The notes under the pieces: model-generated
Told to the model about the DNA's origin: nothing
Seen by the model: the letters and a program-made list of their open reading frames with translations, nothing else
Databases searched by the model: none
DNA from: a virus
IMG/VR virus record: IMGVR_UViG_3300014720_002669
Reading direction: 5' to 3' (one strand)
DNA length: 64,000 nucleotides
Shown here: piece by piece, positions 28,381 to 37,441 of the stretch
How the letters are laid out: every line of letters starts with the position of its first letter
Position numbering within the stretch: position 1 is the stretch's first letter
Program-made: the position numbers and the translations under genes

Positions 28381-28580
28381 ACCCGCTGGGGTAACGCCTG
28401 GCTAGTATGACCCGTACGAAGGAGAAGTGAGTTCGTGACTCAAGGGTGGTACCACTCCTACCGAAGTGGCGCTGGCAATGCGAGAACGGACCCTGTCGTG
28501 AAGCGGGTGGAAGGTGTGTGAGATTTGCGGGGCAACCCAAGAGATGATACACTAAATTACCGCCGGGGGTCGCAGAGCAT
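28381..28580 (+). ncRNA. Candidate structured non-coding RNA (~200 nt)
   Basis: ORF-free and GC-rich. ACCCGCT/AGCGGGT (28381/28502), TGAGT/ACTCA, CCACT/AGTGG, GTGTGT/ATACAC, GGG-GCAA-CCC GNRA hairpin, TGCGA/TCGCA. Confidence 0.55.
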
Positions 28581-28667
28581 CATGGTTGACAATTAAGTTT
28601 GTTGGCTATATACTGCAAGTGTTCATTAACCAATCTGGCATTGTGTCCAGTAAAGAAGGAGAAAGAA

Positions 28668-29717
28668 ATGGCTGCAAAACGCCTGGTTCGTAAATTCACA
28701 GAAGTGGTTGCCGAAGTTGAACGCCAACTCAAAGCTCACTACAATGTAACTCAAAAAGAACTTGATGCATGGCGTGCCCGTGCTCAAGCATCTGAACATC
28801 TATTTCCCCACAGCACCATGATTGCCATTGAGGACTTGTGGATTGATTATGAGGTGCAACGCGATGTTATACATAAGCACGTGATCAATATCATGCGCAA
28901 ATGGGATGCTCGTATCTGCTCACCAGGCAGTGCATGCCGCATCAATGGCTCCAACATCTATTTGTATGATGCACAACACCGTACCTTGGCCGCAGCCTTG
29001 TTGGGATTTACAGAAATTCCCTGCGCAGTGGTCGAAACAGATGATCCCAACTTTGCCAGCTATGCATTTGAAATGCTCAATGACACTGGTGTCAAACGTC
29101 TGACACCCGGGGACCTGCACCGCAACGCCTTGGTGCGTTACAAAAATGGCAGCCGTGACATCAAGGTGGTTCGTGCCAAAACCATGCAAGATCAATTTGA
29201 TTCAGCAGGCATTGACTTGCAAGACAAAGGATCACGTGCGTCTGACAATCTGCGTGGTGACAATGACTACTACTTCAGTCACTTCAAATATGCACAAAAG
29301 GGCATTGAAATAGATGACTCGGGTAAAATCTTGTTGAACATACTGTCAGCTATCAAAGATACATTTCCCATGCAAGAAGAAATTGATCAAGGTGTGTACA
29401 TTGGATTGTACGAACTGCATCGTATTTCTGGAACCAGCGCCAACACTAAGCTACCCGCAGGTTGGATGAAGTTTGTGCTGGAAGCCATAAAGCCTACATT
29501 CAAGAGTTCTAGTTTGATACATGCCAAAGGCAAAGTGCAATGGGAACATGTTAACCCAGGTTCCACTTGGAGTGCGCCCAGTGCCATGGCTAACTTTTTA
29601 CGTGAGTTATATCTGCGCAACGGTGGCACAATAAACTTGCCTTATCACGGTGAAGGTGCTAAAATGGGCATTGAAGCTGGAAATATTGCCCCTGGTCTTT
29701 TCCCCGAGGAGAAATAG
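28668..29717 (+). CDS. ParB/Srx-fold (DGQHR-like) protein
   Basis: IDYEVQRD and YDAQHR motifs, later FEMLND; promoter TTGACA-N17-TATACT at 28586 and an AAGGAG SD. Confidence 0.65.
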   Translation: MAAKRLVRKFTEVVAEVERQLKAHYNVTQKELDAWRARAQASEHLFPHSTMIAIEDLWIDYEVQRDVIHKHVINIMRKWDARICSPGSACRINGSNIYLYDAQHRTLAAALLGFTEIPCAVVETDDPNFASYAFEMLNDTGVKRLTPGDLHRNALVRYKNGSRDIKVVRAKTMQDQFDSAGIDLQDKGSRASDNLRGDNDYYFSHFKYAQKGIEIDDSGKILLNILSAIKDTFPMQEEIDQGVYIGLYELHRISGTSANTKLPAGWMKFVLEAIKPTFKSSSLIHAKGKVQWEHVNPGSTWSAPSAMANFLRELYLRNGGTINLPYHGEGAKMGIEAGNIAPGLFPEEK

Positions 29718-29718
29718 C

Positions 29719-30183
29719 ATGAATAATGCATTGACCCATACAATTTTTGGCAATGAGCTTTCAAAAATGATGTCTCTTGACAATGCTATTAATCTCTTGC
29801 TTTCTATGAATTTAATAAATGTAGGAGAATTAGCTGAGCAGGCAATCAGTAAAAAATCAGGTGTTGCAATGTGCGGTAAAAATACTGCCAATATTGATTT
29901 GGTGTCGGGGGTACAGATCAAATATTCTACTGTAAAAATGCCTGCAAGTTCAGACAGGTATTTGGCATACATCTCTATCAACACCACAGCCCCTATACTG
30001 TGCGTGATCAATAATCCTGTGCTCAATACGCAGTATTTCCTTCATATTCCTTATCGTGCCTTTGGGCATCTCAGTGGAAATTGCATTGCTATTTCTTTTG
30101 GGGTAGATGGACATCCAGGATCAAGCCAATGGTGGAATTACCAAGTAGATACTTTTGAAGAATTGTGTGAGCTGGCAAAATGA
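29719..30183 (+). CDS. Hypothetical protein, possible PD-(D/E)xK-like nuclease
   Basis: GELAE..IDL..VQIK pattern; AT-rich. Confidence 0.4.
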   Translation: MNNALTHTIFGNELSKMMSLDNAINLLLSMNLINVGELAEQAISKKSGVAMCGKNTANIDLVSGVQIKYSTVKMPASSDRYLAYISINTTAPILCVINNPVLNTQYFLHIPYRAFGHLSGNCIAISFGVDGHPGSSQWWNYQVDTFEELCELAK

Positions 30184-30758
30184 ATTTACAAGAAGCACTT
30201 GAACAATTCACTGCACCTGTGTATGGTAAGACCCGACGCACCGCGGAAACATACCAAACTGTGGCTAGCTACTGTACCCGCAACTTGACTCGTCTTGTGG
30301 CAGAATACAACGCTATTCAAAATGATCAACAACTCATGCGTGAAATACGCAATGACATTGACACTTATCTGCGCCGCTATCACGAATACTGTATCAAACA
30401 ACGTGATGGCATGCTGGCACACTATCACGAAATTGGTGCGGACGAGGAGTGTGACTTTGAACATTTGATTCCAGCGGCAAGAATCCGAGATTTGTTGTTG
30501 TCCAGAACTATCACAGTTGAGCAGGCATTGAATGCACCCACAGTGAGATTGAGCAGAATCAAACACGAATTGCTCAAGGATGCTGGTTGGGCAGCCACCA
30601 CACCCAACATGTGGTTGCCGTTCCTGAGATACACTCAGGTGTTTGTCACTGAATTTGAAACGCACGATGGCACTGCAATTGATCCTGAGAATTGGACTTT
30701 GCAAAATCATTACAACTATTTTGATCATTTGGTTATTGACCTAAAGGAATCCGCATGA
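30180..30758 (+). CDS. Hypothetical protein with HNH-like EHxxP motif
   Basis: DFEHLIPA..H..L..PFLRY. Confidence 0.45.
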   Translation: MNLQEALEQFTAPVYGKTRRTAETYQTVASYCTRNLTRLVAEYNAIQNDQQLMREIRNDIDTYLRRYHEYCIKQRDGMLAHYHEIGADEECDFEHLIPAARIRDLLLSRTITVEQALNAPTVRLSRIKHELLKDAGWAATTPNMWLPFLRYTQVFVTEFETHDGTAIDPENWTLQNHYNYFDHLVIDLKESA

Positions 30759-31009
30759 CAATGTTGCATCTCAATGCCAGGCCCTGGACTATGTTTGACC
30801 CCAATAACTCAGACCATAGACGCTACTACTATGATTTTGTTGCAACAGGTACTTGGGGTCGATGCCCGGTGCGGTTTGTAGTGCCAGATGCACAAGGTGA
30901 TTTGATTTCCATGATTCAACGCAGTCTGATCCGATGGTATGTGACACATGAGTTTGCCCCACGAAAAAAACGACGACGTAACGGTGACGAGCATGAGGTA
31001 ACACTCTAG
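30755..31009 (+). CDS. Hypothetical phage protein
   Basis: FDPNNSDHR..TWGRCPVRF. Confidence 0.6.
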   Translation: MTMLHLNARPWTMFDPNNSDHRRYYYDFVATGTWGRCPVRFVVPDAQGDLISMIQRSLIRWYVTHEFAPRKKRRRNGDEHEVTL

Positions 31010-31107
31010 CATTACTTTTTTAAGCCCTGCCCTGCGCAGGGTTATTCTAGACCAATAAAGGTCAAAAATGCTATAATATAGACATATTGTAACAAAAGGA
31101 GTGAGAA

Positions 31108-32340
31108 ATGGGAACACGCAGTCGAATTGGTGTCATGCATGGTGACAAAGTCAAATCAGTGTATTGCCACTGGGACGGGTATCTTTCGCACAATGGTCGC
31201 ATCCTGCAAGAGTACTATGACTCAGCCCGGGCTAACGAGCTGGTAGCTTTAGGCGATCTTTCCAGCCTAGCACCTTCAATTGGTGAAAAACATGCATTCA
31301 GTCAGCATGATGTGCCTGCAGAAGAAGTAGAAGAATACAAGGCCAAAACTCAAGACTGGTGCACATTCTACGGACGCGACCGTGGCGAAACCGGCACTGA
31401 GTTTAAGGTGGCGCAGACCTTTGCGGATTTCTTGGCACAGAGCGAAGGTTGTGGTGCTGAGTTCTACTATATCATGCGGGATGGTGTGTGGTATTGTGGC
31501 GACACTTACGATCACAGCCCCATAAGCAAAAAGTTAACAGTTTTGGCCGACGCATTGGCCGCAGAATCGGTTGACCAATAATTCGCCAAATGCTATAATA
31601 ATCACATACAAAGCAAAAAGGAGTTCGCAAATGGGTTTTGAACAAGTGGTATTGGACAAGGTTGCAAAAGTGCTGAAAGATAGCAATGCCGCCTGTTTCT
31701 TCTACGGTACGCTGAGTGTGACTTGCACAGAAGCAGAAGCTCGCCGAGTTTTCCACAAGTTATCCAAGGACTACGGCGTGGGCAAAGTCCAGATCAGCAA
31801 GGACGGATCCTACGGTTATAACTTTGATTTTGTTGCATAAAACAGTTGACCATTTTTCCCATTTCGGGTATAATAGTGGCATAGCGAAACAAAAGGAGCC
31901 TGCAATGAACGACACACAAGAGATCTATTACGGCATGTTTACAGATGCAGGCAATCAGGCTGTGCATGAGATTGTGAAACATGCCCGTGAAAATCAACTG
32001 GCCTGGTTGACAGTGTACCAAGAACTGTGCCGCTTGGCTGAAGTTCAAACCTTCAGCGAAGCCACAGACACCATGGTGCGTGAGTATGTGTACTCCGCAG
32101 TTGGTGCTGATCAACGCCGTGAAGCATTTTACGCCTAAGGAGACAACTGTGAGAGACAATACAAAAATCTTGTTTTGGTTTGCTGTGATCGTTTTCTTGG
32201 TCATTGCTGGCCCTTTGTGCACCATCTGGGCCTTGAACACCTTGTTTCCGGCGTTGGCTATCCCTTACACCTTGGAAACTTGGGTGGCCGCTGTGGTTTT
32301 GTTTGGCATTGCCCATTCGGGCTTCTCTGTTCGCAAGTAA
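31108..32340 (+). other. Early small-gene array (31108-31581, 31631-31840, 31905-32138, 32149-32340)
   Basis: Promoters at 31048, 31571 and 31846 (T[TA]GACC-N17/18-TATAAT) with AAGGAG SDs. Confidence 0.7.
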
Positions 32341-32349
32341 GGAGACACC

Positions 32350-33120
32350 ATGTTTGTAGATGCAACCGCAATGACAGCTCGTGAAATACAACGCCTGGGC
32401 CATGAAGATGACGAGGGTCCTGTGCAACGCCGATGGACTGCCCGACGCACAGCCGGTGGTGACCATTCAGGTTACTCAGTGAGCGATGTATGGGCCGCGG
32501 CCGCCCATGCACAACGCATCAATGGTGCCTACATCAAACAAGATATGTGGTGGGAGGTGACCCCAGAGTCGCCCACGGCTGGCCAGTTGAAACAGAAAAG
32601 CAATCGCAACATCATGATGGAAGCCTTGGAAAATCCTTTCATGATCACCGATGAGGATCGTTCAGCAGGTGAGCAGTGCCAGAGATTCATTCAAAATGAA
32701 CTCACATTCCGTGCGCTGAAAAATCAACTCTCAGACTTTGACCGCAGTGTGATAAAGATTACAGCCGTGTCGGATAGATTCTTTCCACAGGCGCATAGAC
32801 TGGAATTGGCCACTGTGGCCTGTATGCCCAACAGCCACCAACGTGCCCTCAAACGTATTGAGGACCAGGATCGAATCAATCAAACTGCTGGCTACATTGG
32901 CGCAGTGGGTGACAAGGTCACTGTGAACGTGGAAATTGTTCGCTGTGTGTTCAGCCAAAAGTGGAACACCTACTATGCCACTGCCATCTCAGACAAGAAC
33001 GAGACAGTGTTCTTTGCCTGCCGTGAACCATCAACCCCAGGCACACACCTCACAGTGCAGGGCACTGTAAAAGCACACCGCGATGGCCAAACGCAACTGA
33101 ACCGTGTGCGTGTAGTATGA
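32350..33120 (+). CDS. Protein with C-terminal OB-fold
   Basis: YIGAVGDKV..V.GTVKAH...TQLNRV. Confidence 0.6.
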   Translation: MFVDATAMTAREIQRLGHEDDEGPVQRRWTARRTAGGDHSGYSVSDVWAAAAHAQRINGAYIKQDMWWEVTPESPTAGQLKQKSNRNIMMEALENPFMITDEDRSAGEQCQRFIQNELTFRALKNQLSDFDRSVIKITAVSDRFFPQAHRLELATVACMPNSHQRALKRIEDQDRINQTAGYIGAVGDKVTVNVEIVRCVFSQKWNTYYATAISDKNETVFFACREPSTPGTHLTVQGTVKAHRDGQTQLNRVRVV

Positions 33121-33514
33121 GATTGATCGTTCTACTGGTAATACTCACAGGATGTTCGATATTGAGAGATGCCAGGGATGAAATTGGAAAAGATATCGTA
33201 GTGATGCAGGAAGAATTTGCAAGAATCAGCAACAAGGAGAAACAGCAATGAGAAACATCTTTATTGGTTTTGTTTTGGGATTGGTTGTGGCCACAGTGGG
33301 CTTTTCGGGCATTGCTCGAATTGCTGACCGAGGCGTCCAAACCATCCAAAAACAAAGCAAAGAATTGGCCCAGTGAATCGGGCAAACCAAACCAAAAATT
33401 ATGCAAAAACAGGTTGACCAATATAGACTCTTTTGCTATAATTTAGGTATGTTGAGCAGTAATGCAAGACATTTTTTCGTAAACGTGATAGACAACTTTT
33501 TGAAAGGCAACACA

Positions 33515-33868
33515 ATGTCCAATGACAAACTGTTCACCGTGGCAGGTACTGCCACAAACTCCGACGGTACTGTAAAGGTCCGTTTTGCAAACGACTTGGT
33601 AGCACGTATCAAGATTCTCAACAAGGCAGGCTGTAGCAATATCAACTTGGTTGAACTGCCCCAGGCAATGACCAAGTTGGAGGCATTGCAACATCTGCAG
33701 ACCTTGGGCATCACTGATGGTGATGCTGGCTATGCTGTGGCCAATAAACTGGCTGAGAAGAGCCGGGTAGCCAAGAAAGGTGAAGTCAAGGTCTCTGCCA
33801 AGAGTGCCAAAGCCAAGTCGGCTCCTGCAACTGTTCGATCGGATGCAGTTAAGAGCACCAACGCCTAA
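33515..33868 (+). CDS. Basic hypothetical phage protein
   Basis: FTVAG..KVRFAND..RIKIL.K; promoter at 33414; terminator at 33886-33909. Confidence 0.65.
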   Translation: MSNDKLFTVAGTATNSDGTVKVRFANDLVARIKILNKAGCSNINLVELPQAMTKLEALQHLQTLGITDGDAGYAVANKLAEKSRVAKKGEVKVSAKSAKAKSAPATVRSDAVKSTNA

Positions 33869-33938
33869 TCCGACAGGCTCCCACAACGCGGTCCATGACC
33901 GCGTTTTTTATTGGCTGCTCAAAAGAGATAATTACTGC

Positions 33939-34447
33939 ATGCACGAATTTGATGATGACCCCATTTACCAGTATGCCAAGTCAGTGATGTTTCAGATTAT
34001 GACTGTGCTGTACATCAATGGTCGTACAGAAGCACACGTGGGTGCCATCATGAGACTGTTGGGCGTGGACGAAGATCATGCTAGACTGCATGACGATGAG
34101 CGCATTGAGCTGGATGAAAATTTTGCCCGCATGGCTACAGAATTAAATATGCATGAGCTTGTGTCTGCTCAAGTCCCCCAAGGAACCACAATCCATTAAT
34201 GTCCATACCCACGTACCGTGCAGTTGAACCACTGTACATTGTGATGTTGCGTAACAACAATCAAGCAGAGCCCATGTTCAAGACTTGGATACGCAAACAC
34301 CAAATTGAACATGCCACAGTCGCAGGCAACCGAATGATGCTTCACCACCAACAAGCATTTGATCGATTCCTTGTAACCTGGTGTCATGAGTGGACAGCCA
34401 TCACGGTATGGGACACTTGGAACCGCAGACACATCTACGTGGACTAG
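33939..34447 (+). other. Two hypothetical ORFs (33939-34199, 34199-34447)
   Basis: TAATTA-N4-ATG start and TAATG coupling. Confidence 0.6.
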
Positions 34448-34529
34448 GCTGATGTGCCAAAATCCTGTGTTTTTCTTGACATGCTGATGAAAGGCATGTA
34501 TAATTACTGTTCACAACAAGGGAGTCTAT

Positions 34530-34715
34530 ATGACCAATCATGAACAAATCGTAGCCGCTTACGAACAATACATTACGGAAAATGAAAAATTCACAGCCAA
34601 AGGCGTCAAAGCCGCGGCAGCCCGTGCTCGCAAAGCCCTGCAGGAAATGAGCAAAGGCATCAAAGAGCGACGCAAAGAAATCACAGCGGAGAAAGAAGCT
34701 CTTGCAGCCAAGTAA
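34530..34715 (+). CDS. Histone H1-like (Hc1 N-terminal family) protein
   Basis: EKF..KGVKAAAARARKALQE..K..KERRKEI; consensus promoter at 34476-34504. Confidence 0.75.
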   Translation: MTNHEQIVAAYEQYITENEKFTAKGVKAAAARARKALQEMSKGIKERRKEITAEKEALAAK

Positions 34716-34789
34716 TACTCAGCCTGAGATGCAGGCTCTACACTCATGGCCCCTACATCTCACTGCCGAACTACGGCAGCGACTGTTGG

Positions 34790-35335
34790 ATGACAAACTG
34801 CGCCGAGCCCAGCACTACTGGCAGGCGCAACAGCGTTCCGCAGTCAAAGTTTCTGGAGAGCACTGTGTCAGACAGATATCCAATTTTCAAAATTCTCGAT
34901 GAATATCCAACCATAACCAGCGGCCTGGGCACAGACACCTTTACTGTGAGCACTGGTACAAGTTATCCAAATTATGGTGCTGTGCCTACCACAGGCACCG
35001 ACTGCGGCTATGTGTACACTTTGCCCAACACAGTACCTTGGATCTCCAGTGGTGGCAATGGTACCAGCATCAGTGATCCTTCTTTGAAAGTCAATCAAGG
35101 TGGAAAGATCCAAATGCAGGGACAAAATGCTGACATTGAGATCAATGGCAAAAGCATGAAGGCCTGGATGGAACAGGTGGAAGAGAGATTGAACATCTTG
35201 ACTGTCAACCCTGACATGGAAAAAGACTGGGATGACCTACGCAGACTGGGCGAACGCTACAAAAAGTTAGAGAAAAAGTGCCGAGAAAAAGCCCGCATGT
35301 GGGCAGAGTTAAAGAAAGTACAGATCAAACCATGA
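34790..35335 (+). CDS. Hypothetical protein (start uncertain)
   Basis: ADIEINGKS..IL..NP..EK.W..L coiled C-terminus. Confidence 0.55.
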   Translation: MTNCAEPSTTGRRNSVPQSKFLESTVSDRYPIFKILDEYPTITSGLGTDTFTVSTGTSYPNYGAVPTTGTDCGYVYTLPNTVPWISSGGNGTSISDPSLKVNQGGKIQMQGQNADIEINGKSMKAWMEQVEERLNILTVNPDMEKDWDDLRRLGERYKKLEKKCREKARMWAELKKVQIKP

Positions 35336-36156
35336 CACCTAAACAACGCATCAAACACATTTCAAAATGGATCCAAGACTATGCCCGACGAGCAGGTGTA
35401 GATACCTTGGTAGTGGGCATTTCAGGCGGGATTGACAGCTCGGTTGTCAGTGCCTTGTGCGCCGAAACAGGACTCCGAACCATTGTGGTACAGATGCCCA
35501 TTCGTCAAAACCGGAAGCTGGACAATCTAAGTTCAGCACAGGCTGGCTGGTTGCTGGAACAATTCCCCCACAATGTCACACACATGAGCATGGACTTGAC
35601 CACAGTGTTTTCTGCATTTGAAAAGAAAGTGCAACCATTCTGTGCACCAGAACAAGAACCCAACGAGCGTGAACAACTGGCGTTTGCCAACTCACGTGCT
35701 AGATTGCGCATGATGACCCTGTATCAAATTGCACAGAGCCATGGTGGCATTGTGGTGGGCACAGGCAACAAGGTGGAAGATTTTGGTGTGGGATTTTTCA
35801 CCAAGTACGGCGACGGTGGCGTGGATATTTCACCCATTGGTGACTGCATGAAAACTGATGTGTGGGCCATGGGACAGGAACTGGGCTTGCTGGATGCCAT
35901 AATTGATGCCTCGCCCACAGACGGACTCTGGGCTGATGACCGCAACGACGAAGATCAACTGGGCATGTCCTACCCTGACCTTGAACGCATGATGAGATTG
36001 GACCTGTTGAAAGGGGCCAAGATCGTGGATTCAAACATGCCTGGCAGTGCCAAACTCAGTGCTGATGATCGTAAAAAACTAAAACGTTATAAAGAACTAC
36101 GTGCTCAAAATCAGCACAAGATGACTCCTGTCCCTGTTTGCATGATGCCTCGTTAA
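35332..36156 (+). CDS. nadE: NH3-dependent NAD+ synthetase
   Basis: GISGGIDS, NSRARLRM, GTGNKVE, FFTKYGDG, PTDGLW, DEDQLG. Confidence 0.95.
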   Translation: MTPKQRIKHISKWIQDYARRAGVDTLVVGISGGIDSSVVSALCAETGLRTIVVQMPIRQNRKLDNLSSAQAGWLLEQFPHNVTHMSMDLTTVFSAFEKKVQPFCAPEQEPNEREQLAFANSRARLRMMTLYQIAQSHGGIVVGTGNKVEDFGVGFFTKYGDGGVDISPIGDCMKTDVWAMGQELGLLDAIIDASPTDGLWADDRNDEDQLGMSYPDLERMMRLDLLKGAKIVDSNMPGSAKLSADDRKKLKRYKELRAQNQHKMTPVPVCMMPR

Positions 36157-36229
36157 CTGCTATGTTAATGACAAAAACACACCATTTTGACAGTTTTTTG
36201 ACAGCCTTACAGCCAGATAAAATAAGTAA

Positions 36230-36540
36230 AAGTGGTGGTAGAACAACACATTGCAATCAAATAGGATCTTCTACTGCTGATTGGTACCTTGTCCAATTGA
36301 TTAAAACAAGTACCCGTAGCACTGACAAGGGTTTGTCCAAGCCCAAATCAGTGTTCGAAAGAGACTCTCGGAAAGTCTCTTCGTTGACAACTAGAATTGG
36401 ACAGGCTCATTTCCCAGGACGCGAGCTTGTCCCAAACGAGTATGCCAAGGAGGCCCGAGGTCTATCTATGCTCATCTCAACTGAACTTTTGTCAACGTGA
36501 TCTACTCGGGTCTCCGCGTACAGCCACGTATTGGCGTTTA
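36230..36540 (+). ncRNA. Candidate large structured RNA / 5' leader (~310 nt) with a long-range pseudoknot
   Basis: Stems 36234-43/36269-78, 36290-98/36395-403, 36319-25/36348-54, 36359-66/36374-81, 36449-59/36505-15. A 9-bp CGTTGACAA/TTGTCAACG pairing (36382/36489) crosses them. TAAGTA just upstream. Confidence 0.65.
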
Positions 36541-36551
36541 AAGGAAATCGA

Positions 36552-37127
36552 ATGAAGTTTGTGAAAAATCAACCCAACGTGTTAGCAACATGGGCTGGAA
36601 CAATTATCAAAAGTGCGGCCCTATTTGTAGTGGCATTTGCAGTGTGGACAGTATGTGAATCAAGACTGAAAACTCTGAGCAATGATCGAGCAGCCAACAT
36701 GGCCGGCTACGTGTCAGCTGCCGACCGATTGAAACAACTCAACTGCTTGACTCAGAACATATACTGGGAAGCTGCCTCAGAGCCTTTTGAAGGCAAAGTG
36801 GCAGTGGCCCAGGTCACATTAAATAGAGTAGAGTCAGGTAAATTTGCCAACACAGTATGCGGTGTGGTCTATCAAAAGAATGTGTTCTACGAACGAGTGG
36901 TGTGTCAGTTTAGTTGGTTCTGTGAATCCACACACCGAACTAGACCGGTACATCGACCCATGTGGCAAGAAAGCGAACTAGTGGCCAAAAAAGTCCTATT
37001 GGAAGACTTCCGATTGCCCGGCATGAAAAATGCCTTGTACTATCACGCCGACTATGTCAACCCCAACTGGCGCTTGCCCCGAATTGACCAAATTGGTCGT
37101 CACATCTTTTATGGAGAAAAAATATGA
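36552..37127 (+). CDS. Cell wall hydrolase, SleB/Hydrolase_2 family, with N-terminal TM
   Basis: CL..NIYWEA..E...GK.AVAQVTLNRV, CQFSW, ALYYHADYVNPNW, IGRHIFY. Confidence 0.92.
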   Translation: MKFVKNQPNVLATWAGTIIKSAALFVVAFAVWTVCESRLKTLSNDRAANMAGYVSAADRLKQLNCLTQNIYWEAASEPFEGKVAVAQVTLNRVESGKFANTVCGVVYQKNVFYERVVCQFSWFCESTHRTRPVHRPMWQESELVAKKVLLEDFRLPGMKNALYYHADYVNPNWRLPRIDQIGRHIFYGEKI

Positions 37128-37435
37128 GCACTTGGCCCTTTAACCTGCAGACCATTCGTGATTTTTTGAACAATCACCTGCACCGGATTTCAGCAGATAC
37201 CCTGGGCTGGTTGGCAGCCATTGTGTTGCACTGTGCCACCATTCCCAGTTTGTTGGCCCTGATGACGGGCTTGAGTGATCATGTGCCCAGCTTGGATGTG
37301 GTGGCGTTTCTTTGGTCCGGCTTGGTACTGTTGTTCCTACGTGCTATTGTGCTGAAAGACACCTTGAACATTATCACCATTGGGGTGGGTTTTATAGTGC
37401 AAGCAGGACTCATGGCCCTGATACTGTTTAGATAA
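37124..37435 (+). CDS. Three-TM membrane protein
   Basis: Hydrophobic; coupled to the hydrolase gene. Confidence 0.65.
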   Translation: MSTWPFNLQTIRDFLNNHLHRISADTLGWLAAIVLHCATIPSLLALMTGLSDHVPSLDVVAFLWSGLVLLFLRAIVLKDTLNIITIGVGFIVQAGLMALILFR

Positions 37436-37441
37436 GACACT

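Noticed and set aside
28381-28580. tRNA, tmRNA, SRP or RNase P identity
   Set aside because: No TTCRA T-loop with CCA end, no SRP GGAA domain and no GAGGAAAGTCC signature; no tRNA was seen anywhere in the window.
36138-36500. 120-aa ORF before the cell wall hydrolase
   Set aside because: No SD and no recognisable motif; the extensive base-pairing explains the sequence better as RNA structure.
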